This document shows, in pieces, positions 1-14,306 of a DNA stretch of 64,000 bases. Made by a program: the position numbers and the translations under genes. Numbering within the stretch: position 1 is the stretch's first letter; the number at the start of each line of letters is the position of its first letter. Origin of the DNA: Felis catus (lineage: Eukaryota); NCBI RefSeq assembly GCF_018350175.1, contig NC_058369.1, positions 20,276,001 through 20,340,000 on the forward strand, read 5' to 3'. Below the pieces are notes generated by a model. It saw only the letters and a list, made by a program, of their open reading frames with translations, was not told the origin of the DNA and ran no database searches.

Positions 1-997
1 TTAGATATTGCCATCTACATAATTATACAATCTATTTTTCAAGTTCACTACTTTTTCATGTTTTAAGTACTTATTTTTTGTTTTATTTATTTTTGAGAGA
101 GAAAGACAGGGTGCAAGCAGGGGAGGGGCAGACAGAGTGGGAGACACAGAATCTGAAGCAGGCTCCAGGCTCTGAGCTGTTAGCACAGAGCCCGATGTGG
201 GTCTCTAACCCATGGAACATGAGATCAGGACGTGAGCCAAAGTCAGACACTCAACCAAAGGCACCCCTTAAGTACTTATTTTTTGAGCCAACACTAAAAT
301 ACAGCATTATGCTTAGTTTAAAAAAAAAAAAAAGAAATTATGCCTGCAATTTACTTAGAACTACATTAAAAAAAAGGATGGTGGATGAATAAAAGAAAAG
401 GTGGATGGATGGATGGGTATGCATGGGTATAGTAAAATGTTCACAAACAATTTAAGTGGTATGTACACAGTTGTTCTCTGTAAAATTCTATTTTGCTGTA
501 TGTTTGAAAATTTTCATAATCCAAATGTTGGGAAAATAAAGAGAATGCTTCTATTCTTTATCCAGTATAAACGATCATGATCCTTGATAAGATGAAAAAT
601 GGCTATTTTCAAGTTAAAAAAAGTAAAATCAAAACTATTATGAAAAGTAATTTTGAGGGGTGCCTGGGTGGCTCAGTCAGTTAAGCATCCAACTCTTGAT
701 CTTGGCTCGGGTCATGATCTCACAGTCTGTGAGATCAAGCCCCGTATCGGGCTCTGCACAGACAGCACAGAGCCCGCATGGGATTCTCTCTCTCCCTCTC
801 TGCCCCTCCCCAGCTCGCTCTTTCTCTCAGAATACACAGACTTAAAAAAAAAAAGTTATCTTGAAATGTCAAAATTATACCTATATTCCAGTACCATATA
901 GTGAATAAGATCTACCTTTTCAAGTTCAGGTAGTAAGGAAAGAACTTGTGAATACTCTCCCACCTTATACAAAAAGTAATTCTAACACAGTCCTTAC

Positions 998-1135
998 CAG
1001 CTGTGAATTCTCATCCCTATAGTTGGCAGCAATGTCTTGATTCTCCATAGCACCTCCTAACAGTCCAGTAGAATACGTCCTCAATGGCTGATCAGCCTCT
1101 CGGGCCCATTTGAAAAGATTCTCAACAATTCCCTC
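998..1135 (-). CDS. DCAF1: DCAF1 coding exon 5; the gene continues beyond the left edge of the window
   Basis: 138 nt, tatag|GAG...CTG|gtaagg, EGIVENLFKWAREADQPLRTYSTGLLGGAMENQDIAANYRDENSQL. Confidence 0.97.
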
Positions 1136-2686
1136 CTATAGTAAAGGAAATGAAATAATACAATTCAGCAAAGACCATTTTCATAATTAAAGACATAAGC
1201 AAAGATTTTAGTCTTATGAAAGAATCTCTTAATAAGATATTTCAATGCTGCTCATAAATTTAAAAATGCAAGTAAAGTGTCTAAGTGGATTAAAGTATCT
1301 GTGCATCTGTGAAATAGATTCCTATCTAGCCACTGAAATTCAAGCTAAAGATCAATAATCACATAACAGTCTTACCTTAGATGTTTGAGACCCAAAATAT
1401 TCCATGACCAAGTGGGAAGCACTAAAACTTCTATATTCTTTGAAGTTCACAATGCACAATTAACATTACTAATGAGAAGTTATCCATCAAAGTACTTAAT
1501 ACCACATATCCCAAACTCATTTTTCACTAGTTTTTATTATGAAATAGTACACATAAACATGCATACTCCAGGGGCAACTGAGTGGCTCAGTCAGTTAAGC
1601 ACCTGACTTCAGCTCAGGTCATGATCTCATGGTTTGTGGGTTTGAGCCCCGCATCGGGCTCTATGCTGATAGCTCAGAGCCTGGAGCCTGCTTTGGATTC
1701 TGTGTCTCCCTCTCGCTCTGCTCCTTCTCGACACGCACGCTCTCTCTCTCTCTCTCAAAAATAAATAAAACGTTAAAAACAATTTTTTAATTAAAAAAAC
1801 ATGTACAGTCCAAAGAAAATGAAAATCACCCATGATCTACTTGATAGAGATCTTCCATGTGTTCCTCCTTATACCACCTGTGTCCTCTCTTCCCAAAAGG
1901 TACCCATGTTACTAAATTTTAACAATTTTCTCATTAAACTTGTTAAAGTTATATGCTTTGAACTGTATAAACCATATGATACTGCATTTTTCTGCAAGTT
2001 ATTATTCACCATTATGTTCTTTACATTCACCTATATTATTACATGTAATTGTCACAAATAGCATTCAACATAAGACAGACTTCAAGACACAATTACTTAT
2101 TAACTTCTATCAACCTTACGTGATTAGGTAAGTATTTACTGAAAAGGAAACTGAGTCACAATAAGGTGAAGTAACATTAAGTGAAAGCTGGGGTCTGATC
2201 CCAGGCAGTTGACCTCCAGATGTTCTTCACCTCCATATTTTGCTGCTATTTTGTTGGCTTAAAAACCACAACTCTGTGAGTCTGAGCCCCACAAGAGGGC
2301 TCTGTGCTGACAGCTCAGAGTCTGGAGCCTGCTTCAGATTCTGTGTCTCCCTCTCTCTCTGCCCCTCCCCTACTCGTGCTCTCACTCTCAAAAATAAACA
2401 TAAAAAAAATCTTTAAATAAAAAACTAAAAAAAAAAAAAAAAAACCAGAAAAAAACCAACTATTTTTGTGCAAGCCTATCCATAGCTATCCACAGAGCAG
2501 ACATCTAGGATCAGAACTACTAAATCAGGGGGCACCTGGGTGGCTGAGTCAGTTAAGCATCTGACTCCAGGTTAGGTCATGATCTCACAGTTCGTGAGTT
2601 CGAACACCAAGTGCTAACAGCACAGAACCTGCAGCCTGCTTCAGATTCTATGTCTTCCTCTCTCTCTGCCCCTCCCCTGCTTGCAC

Positions 2687-2738
<52 letters not shown>

Positions 2739-3894
2739 AAAAGTAAATAAACATTAAAAATAAATAAACTACTAAACAGGGGCACCTGGGTGGCTCAGTT
2801 GGTTAAGTGTCCAACTTCGGCTCAGGTCATGATCTCATGGTCTGTGAGTTCGAGCCCTGCATCACGCTATCTACTGTCAGCACAGAGGCGGTTTCGAATC
2901 CTCTATCCTCCTCTATCTCTGCCCCTCCCTCACATGAGCACACTCTCTCTTTCTCAAAAATAATTAAAAAAAAAAAAAAAAAACTACTGCATCATGGATG
3001 TAGGATGTGAGCATGCTCAACTTTACCAGAGAATGCCAGGCTATTTTCCAAAGTGACTGCAACAATTCACATTTCCACCAACAGTGAATACTTTTTTTCT
3101 ACATCTCTGTCAACACTTGACCACAGTCATACTTTTCACCTTCTGTAGTCTGGTGGGTATAAAAACAGCACTGCATATAATTTGAATTCATCATTATTAA
3201 TGAGGTTCAGCATTTTTTCATTCCTGTTGACCATTTAGGCTTCCATTTCTGTGAAATACACAGCTTTTACAAGTGTTTTATGATAAACACAAGTTCATAA
3301 TTTTTATGTAATCATACTCAACAGTATTTTCTTTTAAATTTTGTGCACTTTGGGGCACCTGGGTGGCTCAGTCGGTTAAGAGTCCGACTCTTGGTTTCGG
3401 CTCAGGTCATGATCTCACAGTGTGTGAGTTCGAGCCCCCCATCGGGCTCTGTGCTGACAGCACAGAGCCTGCTTGGGATTCTCTCTCTCTCCCTCTCTCT
3501 GCCCCTCCCCCACTCACTCTCTGTCTCTCTCTCAAAAATAAGTAAGTAAAACTTAAAAAAAAATTAAAAAAAAATAAATAAATTTTGTGCACTTTGTATC
3601 TTAAATTCTTCCCTAAGGTCATGGAGTCATTATCCCATATATTTCTAAACATTTTAACCTCTTTTCAAAAAATTAACACTCTGAAAAACACATGCTGAGA
3701 AATTTTGTTTTAAAATATTGACATGAGGGGTTCCTGGGTGACTCAGTCACTTGAGCTTCAACTTTGGCTCAGGTCATGATCCCACAGCTGGTGAGTTCAA
3801 GACCCATATCCAGCTCTGTGCTGACAGCTCAGAACCTGGAGACTGCTTCAGATTCTGTGTCTCCCTCTCTCTCTCTCTGCCCCTCCCCTGTTCA

Positions 3895-3928
<34 letters not shown>

Positions 3929-4245
3929 AAAAAATTAATGAAAACATTAAAAAACTTTTTCAAAAATATATATTGACATGAGAAGTGCGTAGGTGGCTCA
4001 GTTGGTTAAGTGTCTGACTCTTTGTTTCAGCTCAGATCATGGTATCACGGTTCTATCTTCAGCTGTGTCTAAACTTCACTCTAATTCATCTACTATGTTT
4101 TTAAATTCAGTAACTGTAAACTTTATACACACTAGCTCTCTGTTTCCTTTCCCAAATGGCCATTTTTCTCCCATGGTCTTGGACTTTTGTTAAGAATTTA
4201 GATTCTTTTTTTTTTTTTTTTTTTTTTTTACATATCCAATAATTT

Positions 4246-6742
4246 TGAACCTTTTAAACCATTCTTAAGTGTACAATTCAGTGCGATTAAGTACATTTAC
4301 AATGTTTCATAACCATCACCACTATGTTTTTCCAAAACTTATTATCCCAAACAGAAACTCTGTACCCCCACTTTCAATAATAGATAGAACAACCAAACAT
4401 AAGATCAGTAAGGAAACATAAGAGTTGAACACTATAAACCAATTACACCTAACAGACACACAGAGAATACTCCACCCAACAAGACCAGAATATACATTCT
4501 TAAGTACACATGGATCATTTTCCAGGATAGACCATGTTAGGCAACAACAGGGTTAATAAATTAAGAAGAATAAACTCTTACAAAGAATTTTTTCCAATCA
4601 CATTGAAATTAAATAAGAAATCAACAACCTAAGGAAACCTGGATAATTCATATGTGGAAATTAATACACTTTTAAATAACCCAGGAGTCAAAGAAGTCAC
4701 AGGGAAATTAGAAATACCTTGAGATGAATGCATACCAAAATTTGTGGGAGGTGTCACAAGCATTGCTAAGAGGGAAATTCATAGCTGCAAACATACATAC
4801 AAAAATAATTTTAAAAAAAATGGATCTCAAATCCCTAATAACCTAACTATACACTTTAAGGAACCAGAAAAAGAGCAAACAAAACCCAAAGGTAATAGAA
4901 GCAGATAATAAAGATTAGAGTGAAGATAAGTAAAACAGCAAATAGAAAAATACCGAAAATGAAACCAAAAGTTGTTTCTTTGAAAAGATCCAATAATATT
5001 GACAAATCTTGAACAAGACCCAAAGAAATTTAAAAAATAAAAATAAAAAAGACTCACATTACTCTCAAAACTGAAAGAGAGGAATGCCTGGGTGGCTCAG
5101 TCAGTTAGGCATCCAACTCTTAAGTTTCAGCTCAGGTCATGATCTCAAGGTTCAGGAGTTCAAGCCCCACATCAGGCTCTGTGCTGACAGTGTAGAGCCT
5201 GCTTAGGATTCTCTCTCTCCCTCTCTCTCTGCTCCTCCCACTCTCTTTCTCTCTCTTCCTCAAAATAAACAAACTTAAAAAACAAATAAAATTTTAAAAT
5301 ACAAACAAAAGTTTGTACCAATCTTACTACCAATCTTGCAGAAATAAAAAAAAACATATAAAACACTATAAACAATTATATACCAACAAAATGAATAACT
5401 TAGGTAAAATGACAAAATGGACAAATTCCTAGATACACAATCTACCAAAATTGATTCATAAAGAAAAACTGATTAAGACCTAAGTAGTAAGGAGACTGAA
5501 TCAGTCATCAAAAATCTCCCAAAATAGAAAAACTCAGGACCAGATGAATTCATTGGTGAATTGGACACTAAACATTTAAAGAATACCAATCTTTCTCAAA
5601 CTCTTCCAAAAAATAAAGGAACACTTCAAAGTCATTCCATGAGGCCAGCGTTATCCTGATGCCAAAGACACTATAAGAAAACTATAGAACAATATCCCTT
5701 ATGAATACTATACAAAAAAACCTCAATAAAATACCACAGCAGCACACTAAAAGGATTATACACCATGATCAATGAATGGATTTATCCAGGAATGCAAGTA
5801 TAGTTCAACATACAAAAATCAATCTAGTACACCAAACTACACACAATGAGTATGAAATTACTGTGAATTAATGGAAAACCATCTGACCATCTCAACTGAT
5901 ACAAAAAGAATCTGCCAAAAATCAACACACTTTCATTAAAATACTTAATAAATTAGGAATAGAAGGAAACCTCCTTAATATCATAAAAGCCAGTTATGAA
6001 AAATCCACACACTCAACATTATACTCAACAATCAAAAAGACTAACAGACTTTCTCCCTAACATCAAGAACAAGACAGAGGCGACTGAGTGGTTCAGCTGA
6101 TTAAGCATCCGACTTTGGCTGAGGTCCATGGGTGTCCAGCTCTGTGCTGACAGCTCAGAGCCTGGAGCCTGCTTCAGATTCTGTCTCCCTCTCTCTCTGC
6201 CCTTCCCCTGCTCATGAGTGCACACATGCTCTCTCTCAAAAATAAGCACTAAAAACAATTTTAGAAAAAAAAGAACAAGACAAAGATGTCTGCTTTCACC
6301 ACTTCTATTCAACATAGTAAGTTGTAGCCAGAACTGGACAAGAAAAAGAAATTAAAGGCATTTATGTTGGAAAAGAAGAAATAAAATTATCTCTATTCAC
6401 AGATGACATGATATTTTATGTAGAAAACTTCTAAGATTCCACACACAATGTTAGAATAAATGAATTCAACAAAGTTACAGCATACAAAATCAGTTACATT
6501 TCTCTTTTTTTTTAATGTTTATTTTTGAGAGAGCATGAGCAGGGGAGGGGCAGAAAGAGAGGGAGACACAGAATCCAAAGCAGGCTCCAGGCTCTGAGCC
6601 GTCAGCACAAAGTCCAACATGGGGCTCGAATCCACAAGCCGTAAGATCCCTGAGCCGAAGTCGGACACTCAACCAAATGAGCCACCCAGGTGCCCCATCA
6701 GTTGCATTTCTATACACTAGTAATGAAAAATCCAAAAAGAAA
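4246..6742. mobile_element. Old L1: minus-strand 3' end (about 4246-4365) joined to plus-strand ORF2 EN-to-RT segment (about 4366-6742), interrupted by three SINEs
   Basis: A-rich degenerate ORF2 (ccaggaatgcaag, ttcacagatgacatga) and L1M-type 3'UTR text (gtgtacaattcagtg...aaccatcacc). Confidence 0.75.
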
Positions 6743-8941
6743 ACACATCCAGTCATTTAAAAGGGACTTCCTAATATCTTTCAGATATCTGTTCTATTTG
6801 ATTCTTCTATTTTTATTGTTAATTCCTAATCCTGAAAAATTATTTCCTGGTGTATTTTGTAATGTTTTTGTGAACTCACTTCACCTGGAAATTGCTGTTC
6901 TCTGAAATCCATTATAGCCTGGATTATGAGAGCTTCCCCAAGAGTAATTTTACATTTGCTTTTGTCAGACACTCAAGGAATATGGTTAGTTCAGGACAAT
7001 TATTTTGTTAATTTCTTGACTTTGGGGTTCCTATTCATATGGCAGAAATTTCAAACATACACCAAAATAAAGGTTGTGCCCAGGGTATCTCAGAGATTTA
7101 TCCACCCCTACCCCACACCCTGACCCCCTGCCATCAGAGTGGAGTCACAGACTGAGAAACCAGTCATCTTCCATGGCAGTAGGCAGATACTTCTCTTTTG
7201 CACTGTTTCACTGAAGGTCCTTTGGGAGTACTGGTTTTACACAAGGGTTGAGGTCCCAGTTCCAACTGTTCAGCCAAGGTTTTATCTCCTGTCCTCAACT
7301 ACCACTTTGTTTTTACAGTTACCTCTGGCACCTAGGGATTTCTCTAAGAGTTTATTGCAATTTACCTGGAATCTGTGTGTGCATGCAATAGGAAAGTTTC
7401 CAAGTTATCCTGGATAGATCTGGGTCTCTTCCCTTCTTTCTTAAAACCATTTTTTTCCCTCTCAGCTTCTGAAAGGTCATATATTCATGGTTTTCTTCCT
7501 ACCTCACAGGATGCTGTGACGATTAATACATGATGCAAAACAAATGCTTAGCACAGGGCTAGCTAGCACTTAATAAATGGTAGCCATCCACCTATTAAAT
7601 GATCTCATGGACACTTTTTTCATAAAGCACGTATTAACATTTTAGAGGAATCTTAATGTTCCAGAATATAAAATCTGAGAAAACTCACTTACAGATTATA
7701 CTTTCTGAGACCTCAGTCTCTCTGATTTTATCCCTCCCACCTCCAACAATTTAAGGACAACCTCAAAGAGAAAAACATCAAAACAATACTTAAAAAATAA
7801 GTCCCTAGAGGCACCTGGGTGGCTCAGTCCATTAATCATCCAACTTCAGCTCGGGTCATGATCTAGTGGTCCATGGGTCCAAGCCCTGAATCAGGCTCTG
7901 TGCTAACAGCTCAGAGCCTGAAGCCTGCTTCGGATTCTGTGTCTCCCCTTCTCTCTCTGCCCCTCCCCTGCTTGTGTTGTCTCTCTCTCAAAAATAAACA
8001 TTAAAAATTTTTTTTTAATAAAAATTTAAAAATTTTTTTAAAAAGTCCCTAAAAGTCCTGACCTGACTTAACACTGACAAACTTAACCATAGGAAAAACC
8101 TAGTACAGGAACACCTTGGTAGCTCAGTGGGTTGAACATTCGACTCTTGATTTTGGCTCAGGTCATGATCCCAGGATCACGGTATCAGGCCCCACATTGG
8201 GCTCCACACTGAGCATGGAGCCTGTTTAAGATTCTCTTTCCCTCTCCCTCTGTCTCTCCCCTGCCTGCATGTGTACATGACCTCACATGCGCTCTCTCTT
8301 AAAAGAAAAGAAAAAACAGGGCGCCTGGGTGGCTCAGTCGGTTGAGCATCCAACTTCGGCTCAGGTCATGATCTTGCATTTCATGAGTTCGAGCCCCACA
8401 TCGGGCTCTGTGCTGACAGCTCGAAGCCTGGAGCCTGCTTCGGATTCTGTGTCTCCCCCTCTCTCTGCCCCTCCCCTGCTTGTCCTGTCTCTCGGTCTCT
8501 CAAAAAAATGAATAAATGTTAAAAAAAAAAAAAAAAACCTATTACATAAATAATATTAAAGTGCTCAGTTCTGTAACACGCTTAATATAATGAAGAAAAC
8601 TACAGTCAAATAATTGTAAATAAAATGTAAAGCTATTTCACTATCTCTGAAAGTACAAATAAGCAACTTAAAAAAAAATAGTGGCTAAAATAGAATCAAT
8701 TTAGTGAAATATCAGAATGTATCACACAAAGAGTAAACAATGTTCAAAAAACTTCTTTTTCATATACTTACTGTATGTACTGGGTTGCAATGTAAAAACA
8801 TGTTACTACAGTTCACAAAGTTTAAGAAATACTGCTGTAAAGCAGAGTCTGAACCAGAGCTTTGTAAAACACCAGTAGCCCATCTTTCCAAAAATAATGA
8901 TCTCTAACTCATTAATTTACAAGTGATAATTGTATTTTAAA

Positions 8942-9154
8942 TTTTTTTTTCAACGTTTATTTATTTTTGGGACAGAGAGAGACAGAGCATGAACGGGGGA
9001 GGGGCAGAGAGAGAGGGAGACACAGAATCGGAAACAGGCTCCAGGCTCCAAGCCATCAGCCCAGAGCCCGACGCGGGGCTCGAACTCACAGACCGCGAGA
9101 TGGTGACCTGGCTGAAGTCGGACGCTTAACCGACTGCGCCACCCAGGCGCCCCT
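8942..9154 (-). mobile_element. Young felid Can-SINE with TSD
   Basis: CpG-intact GGGGCGCCTGGGTGGCGCAGTCGG head; TSD ataattgtattttaaa at 8926-8941 and 9155-9170. Confidence 0.95.
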
Positions 9155-10038
9155 ATAATTGTATTTTAAAGTAAAATATTGATTCACACCAAAAAATTTG
9201 CATAGGATACTTCTGAAGGATAAAGATCATCATGTAATCCAACATTAAGGCCTCACAATCTCAAAGAAGTTTGTAATCTGTGCTCTAGGACACTGGATTC
9301 AAAGCTATGTTATTTCCTATCTAACATATGATTTTGCTTTAATAATTCACTTCTCTCACCAGAAATGAGTTATTATGAAACAAATTTTATTACTCAAAAA
9401 AATCCCTCAGTGTTTCTGACATCCAAAGGGTATTTACTTCATTCTAAATATTCAATGATGCAACTACAAAGAACCAGAGATGACTTTCCTACAATGACAA
9501 CCAGGACACTTTTACAAAGCACAGTAAAATCATCTATAGTCTTCTACAAATCTTGCATATACAAATATAAATTGGTATAAATGCTTCATTTGTCATCTTG
9601 GTTTTCAAAAGAATACATATTAAGGGGCGGCTAGATGGCTCAGCTGGTTAAGTGCCCAACTCTTGCTTTCAGCTCAGGTCAATCTCATAGTTTGTGGGAT
9701 CGAGCCCGAGCCCCACCCCCACCCCCACTCAGGCTCTGTGCTTACAGCTCGGAGACTGCTTGGGATTCTCTCTCTCCCTCTTCCTCTCTGCCCCTCCCCT
9801 GGTCACGCACATGCTCTCTCTCTCAAAATAAATAAACATTTAATAAAAAATGCATATTAAAATATTTCTGACAAGTATATAGATGTTTTTGGTCTCCCAC
9901 AAACATAACTAATTGGAGATTTTTAAAACTTGTCTGTATACAATGTGCAAATTACAACATTAATTACAATGCTATTCTCTAAGATACCTTACGTGATACA
10001 ATTGCGTAACAATTTCCTTAAAAGTTAAATGATGGGGA

Positions 10039-10267
10039 GGGGCGCCTGGGTGGCGCAGTCGGTTAAGCGTCCGACTTCAGCCAGGTCACCATCTCGCGGT
10101 CCGTGAGTTCGAGCCCCGCGTCAGGCTCTGGGCTGATGGCTCAGAGCCTGGAGCCTGTTTCCGATTCTGTGTCTCCCTCTCTCTCTCTGCCCCTCCCCCG
10201 TTCATGCTCTGTCTCTCTCTGTCCCAAAAATAAATAAACGTTGAAAAAAAAAATTTAAAAAAAAAAA
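10039..10267 (+). mobile_element. Young felid Can-SINE inserted at the head of an older SINE (about 10281-10480)
   Basis: TSD aaagttaaatgatgggga at 10021-10038 and 10268-10285. Confidence 0.95.
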
Positions 10268-11700
10268 AAAGTTAAATGATGGGGAACTTGAGTGGCTCAG
10301 TCAGTTAAGTGTCCAACTCTTGATCTGGCTCAGGTCATGATCTCACCATTTGTGAATTCAAGCCCCATGTCAGAGTTGACAGCACAGAGCCTACTTGGGA
10401 TTCTCTCCCTCTCTCTGCCCCTCCCCGCTTGCACACACACTCTCTCGCTCAAAAAAAGAAAAATAAACTTTTAAAAAAGTTAAATGAAAATCTATTTCCA
10501 GATCTTTCACTTGGTTTCTACATTTAACTACACTAAGACCTCCAGATTATTTCAGAACATTAAATATTAATATCTTTGAGAAAAAGAAAATTATGTGACA
10601 TACCCAATTCACACTGCAAATTCTTAATGCTGAGAAAAAAATATCTGTATTACTTCTAAAAATAGAGCAACAAATTTTTGACATTTGAAGTATACACACA
10701 CACTCACTATCACAGTCACTATCAAATTACCACTTTCTGGTCTTCATAGTACTTATCCTTATTTGAAATTATCAGTTTATTTGTATGTGCCCTCCCAAAT
10801 ACATTATGTGAAATCTTCCATCTTGCTGACAAAAGTATTATCAACACCCACCATAAGACACAGCACAAAACAGATGTTCAAATATTAACGAAATATTAAA
10901 TACTACCCCCCAAAAATTAAAAAAAAATAAATAAGTAACACAAGAATAGAATGGGTTTCCTCAAAGTAGAAAAGTCCTTCCTCACTAAGGAAGACAACTC
11001 ATGAAGAATAAGAGTTTGGATAATATCATAAATCCATTCTAAAAACATACAATCTTAACCAGGGCGCCTGGATGGCTCAGTCAGTTAAGCATCTGGCTTC
11101 GGCTCAGGTCATGATGTCACGGTTCATGGTTCAAGCCCCACGTCAGGCTCTGCTGACAGCTCAGAGTCTGGAGACTGTTACAGATTCTGTGTCTCCCTCT
11201 CCCTCTGCCCCTCCTGGACTTGTGTTCTATCTCTCTCAAAATAAACATTAAAAAAAAAATTTTGGGGGGCGACTGGGTGGCTCAGTCAGTTAAGCCTCCG
11301 ACTTCGGCTCAGGTCATGATCTCACGGTCCATGAGTTCGAGCCCCGTGTCGGGCTCTGTGCTGACAGCTCAGAACCTGGAGCCTGCTTCAGATTCTGTGT
11401 CCCCCTCTCTCTCTGACCCTCCCCCATTCATGCTCTGTCTCTCTCTGTCTCAAAAATAAATAAACATTAAAAAAAAATTTTTTTTTATTTTTTTTAACAT
11501 ACAATCTTAAGACTTAAGATATACTATAGCACCTAAGCAATAAGTACTCATGAAAACAATTACTCTTATATTTTTATTGATTTCTTATATTTCTATAACA
11601 TTATTGTTATAAAAATGTGTAACAATTATCTTAACAAAGACAAATCAAACAGATCAACATTCAATTTAAAAATAAAATGACTTTTCTTTCTAGTAAGTAC

Positions 11701-11814
11701 CTTTTCTTGAAAGACAACAGCAGTTTCTAGCCCTGGCATGATGTCCAATAGAAGTCTGCAAGCTGCAGTGTTCAAAGGGGGCTCTCGGCTTGTCATCACA
11801 TATGCATTCACCAG
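11701..11814 (-). CDS. DCAF1: DCAF1 coding exon 4
   Basis: 114 nt, ttacag|CTG...AAG|gtactt, LVNAYVMTSREPPLNTAACRLLLDIMPGLETAVVFQEK; phase 0 to 0. Confidence 0.97.
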
Positions 11815-12489
11815 CTGTAAAAAAACAGAGGAATACTTTTCATCTGAAATTCAACCCAGGCAAATTAATGAAGTCTAATAAACTCAATACATTCCCATCA
11901 TTTCCCTAAGAGGTATTTAAGAAGATTATACCTAACAATTACTAATTAAACCCTTAATTATTATAACCCACTGAGCCATGATGGGATCATATATTTCTTC
12001 TGCAGCTTTAATGTCAAATCCTCCCAAAAGAACAAATCAGCAACCACAGAAATTAAAGCTCAAAGAATATCAAGAAGGGGGGCCTGGGTGGCTCAGTCAG
12101 TCAGGTAAGCATCTGACTCCTGATTTCAAATCAGGTCATGATCTCATGGTCCTGAGATGGGAGGCCATGTCAGGCTCCAAGCTGGGTATGGAGCCTGCTT
12201 AAGATTCTCTCTCTCTCCCTCACCCTCTGCCACTCCCCCACTTGGGCACATGCATTCTCTCTCAAAAAAAGAGTATCCAGAAGAAATCACTCCCTATTCT
12301 TTTTTTAACCCCTATTCTTACATACACTTTTTCAGAAGGATAAAGCAGGGCAAGACAACCAACCCCCTCCAGATTCTTGACAATAGTTAATGAAAAACTT
12401 GAATTTTGTACTTCTACTATAAATACATTTAATATTATATACAAATTATAAACATATATAAATGCGTTAATAAAACTTCCTTCTAGTAC

Positions 12490-13320
12490 TCAAATATTAT
12501 TGAATCTCTACTACTAAGTGGCACTGTATTCCGTGCTGGGTATACAACAGTGAATAAGATGTAGTGCCACCATCAAAGCGTTCATAATCCAACAGAAGTG
12601 ACAGTTGGAAAAACAAATATCATGAGTATACGATGCTACAGAAGTCTGTAGGAGGTCACACAACCCCTGCAGAGGAATCAGAGAAAGGCTTAGAGGGGGA
12701 GGGATTTCAAGCTAGAATGTAAAGGACAAGTAGGAGTAGCTAAGGAAGAGTGGGGAGGAGAGGCGAGACAAAGGGCAAGAATTTAAAATTAAAAGAACAA
12801 AAGCCAGAGAGATTGGGTTTATAAACTGAGGAATTTAAAATTCATCTTGAGGCCAATGGGAAACCACTAATAGATTACAAGCAAGAGGATGCCATGATCA
12901 CTTTTTGCATTTTAGAAAAATTTCTGGGCTATAAAGTGAAGAATAGGTTGGAAGAGAACAAGACAAGATGAGAAATCAGTTAAGAGGTTATTACGATCAC
13001 CAAGAGAGAGATGGTAGTGGCTAAACTAAGGTCTGGCAACAAGGACATAAAGAAATGGAGGGATTTATGAAGTTAAATGAAAAGGAATGATAAGACCTGT
13101 AAGTTTAACTGAATAAGAGAACTTGGAAAAATAAAGTTGTCTAGCTGGCTAGACAAGGACATCATTACTGAGCTAGAGAACAAGAGAAACAGACTATACA
13201 GCACACAATTAGACAGGTGGAATTCAAGGTGCCTGTGGGGAATATCCAAGTGGGGATATCTAGAGGACAGCTCAACATTTCCAGAGAAGCAGAGAAGAGA
13301 CACTGGTGATCAAGAAATAA
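12490..13320. mobile_element. Degenerate L2-like fragment (similar pieces at about 16670-17370 and 20080-21290)
   Basis: caaatattattgaatctctacta...gtgctggg.atacaacagtgaataag followed by a purine-rich L2-type body; by-eye call. Confidence 0.5.
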
Positions 13321-13379
13321 ACTGGAGTTAATACAATACAGAGAATAATAGTTAATACAGTACAGATAATAATAATAGT

Positions 13380-13680
13380 ACTTACTGAGCCCTCATGTAC
13401 CAAGTTCTGTGCTAAGCACTTTTTTTTTTTTTTTTTTTTTTTTTAGCATATGTGCTGCCAAAGCGAGCACGGCACTTTTCATGACTCAATTCATTCAAGG
13501 GTTACAAAAATATTTTAAAGGGAAGATCATCCCTATTTTATAGATTAGGAAAATAAAGCTTGGAGAAAATGAAGTTTGGAGAGGCTTAAGTTGCCTCAAG
13601 ATCAAACTGCCAGTGAACAGTGAAGTTCCATTTAAACCCAAAATATGGACCCCAAAGCCCATGCTCTCAAGGATCATGCA
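13380..13680. mobile_element. MIR element hosting the U6 retrocopy
   Basis: cttactgagc...tgtgctaagcact...ccctattttatagattaggaaaataaagct is typical MIR core text. Similar MIR pieces lie at about 17940-18160, 33800-33990, 37660-37890 and 60760-60940. Confidence 0.65.
13441..13470 (-). pseudogene. 3'-truncated U6 snRNA retrocopy (nt 1-30) with poly(A) and TSD
   Basis: Minus strand GTGCTCGCTTTGGCAGCACATATGCTAAAA versus the U6 5' end GTGCTCGCTTCGGCAGCACATATACTAAAA (2 mismatches). T-run 13420-13444; direct repeat gcactttt at 13416-13423 and 13472-13479. Confidence 0.9.
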
Positions 13681-14232
13681 ATTTGGCCTCCAAAAACAAA
13701 CCTAACAGCTACAACTTACTGAATAATTACTATCTCAGGCCCTGTGAATGCTATATATATATTCCCCCCACCTCATTTATTTCTCAACAGCCCTGAGTTA
13801 GAGAAGGTAGTTTTGTCTCCCTCCACATGCCCAATGCACACACCACAGTGTCAGTGCAGAATCATGCCTCATACATACATCACTTTGAGTTTTCTATTCA
13901 GAAATTCAAGAAAACGTCTATATTCCCAAACTCAAAATCATCTTGCCCTAGGATGAGTACAGATGCCTTGGGAGTCCTTGCCATATTCAAACAATGAAAA
14001 TACACACCAAAGAGAAAACACCTTGGCCACGACCAGGACTTTGGTAAGAAAGAAATCCATGACGACTCTTAGCTTGTTGAACAAATACCAAACAAACAAA
14101 CAAACAAACAAAATCTACCCACACTATTCCCAACTTTGTCAAGACCTCAAGAGAAAACAAACTATTTACAAACAATAAAGGTATAGCATCCACTGATGAT
14201 AATCTCTGGAGAAAAGTAAGAAGCAAACCTAC

Positions 14233-14306
14233 TGCATTCATGAAATCATCATTCTTGAAGAGTATTCTCAGCAAGTGGCCCAGCATACACTCTGGATCAG
14301 CTCGAC
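14233..14306 (-). CDS. DCAF1: DCAF1 coding exon 3
   Basis: 74 nt, gtag|GT...GCA|gtaggt, (G)RADPECMLGHLLRILFKNDDFMNA; phase 1 to 0. Confidence 0.97.
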
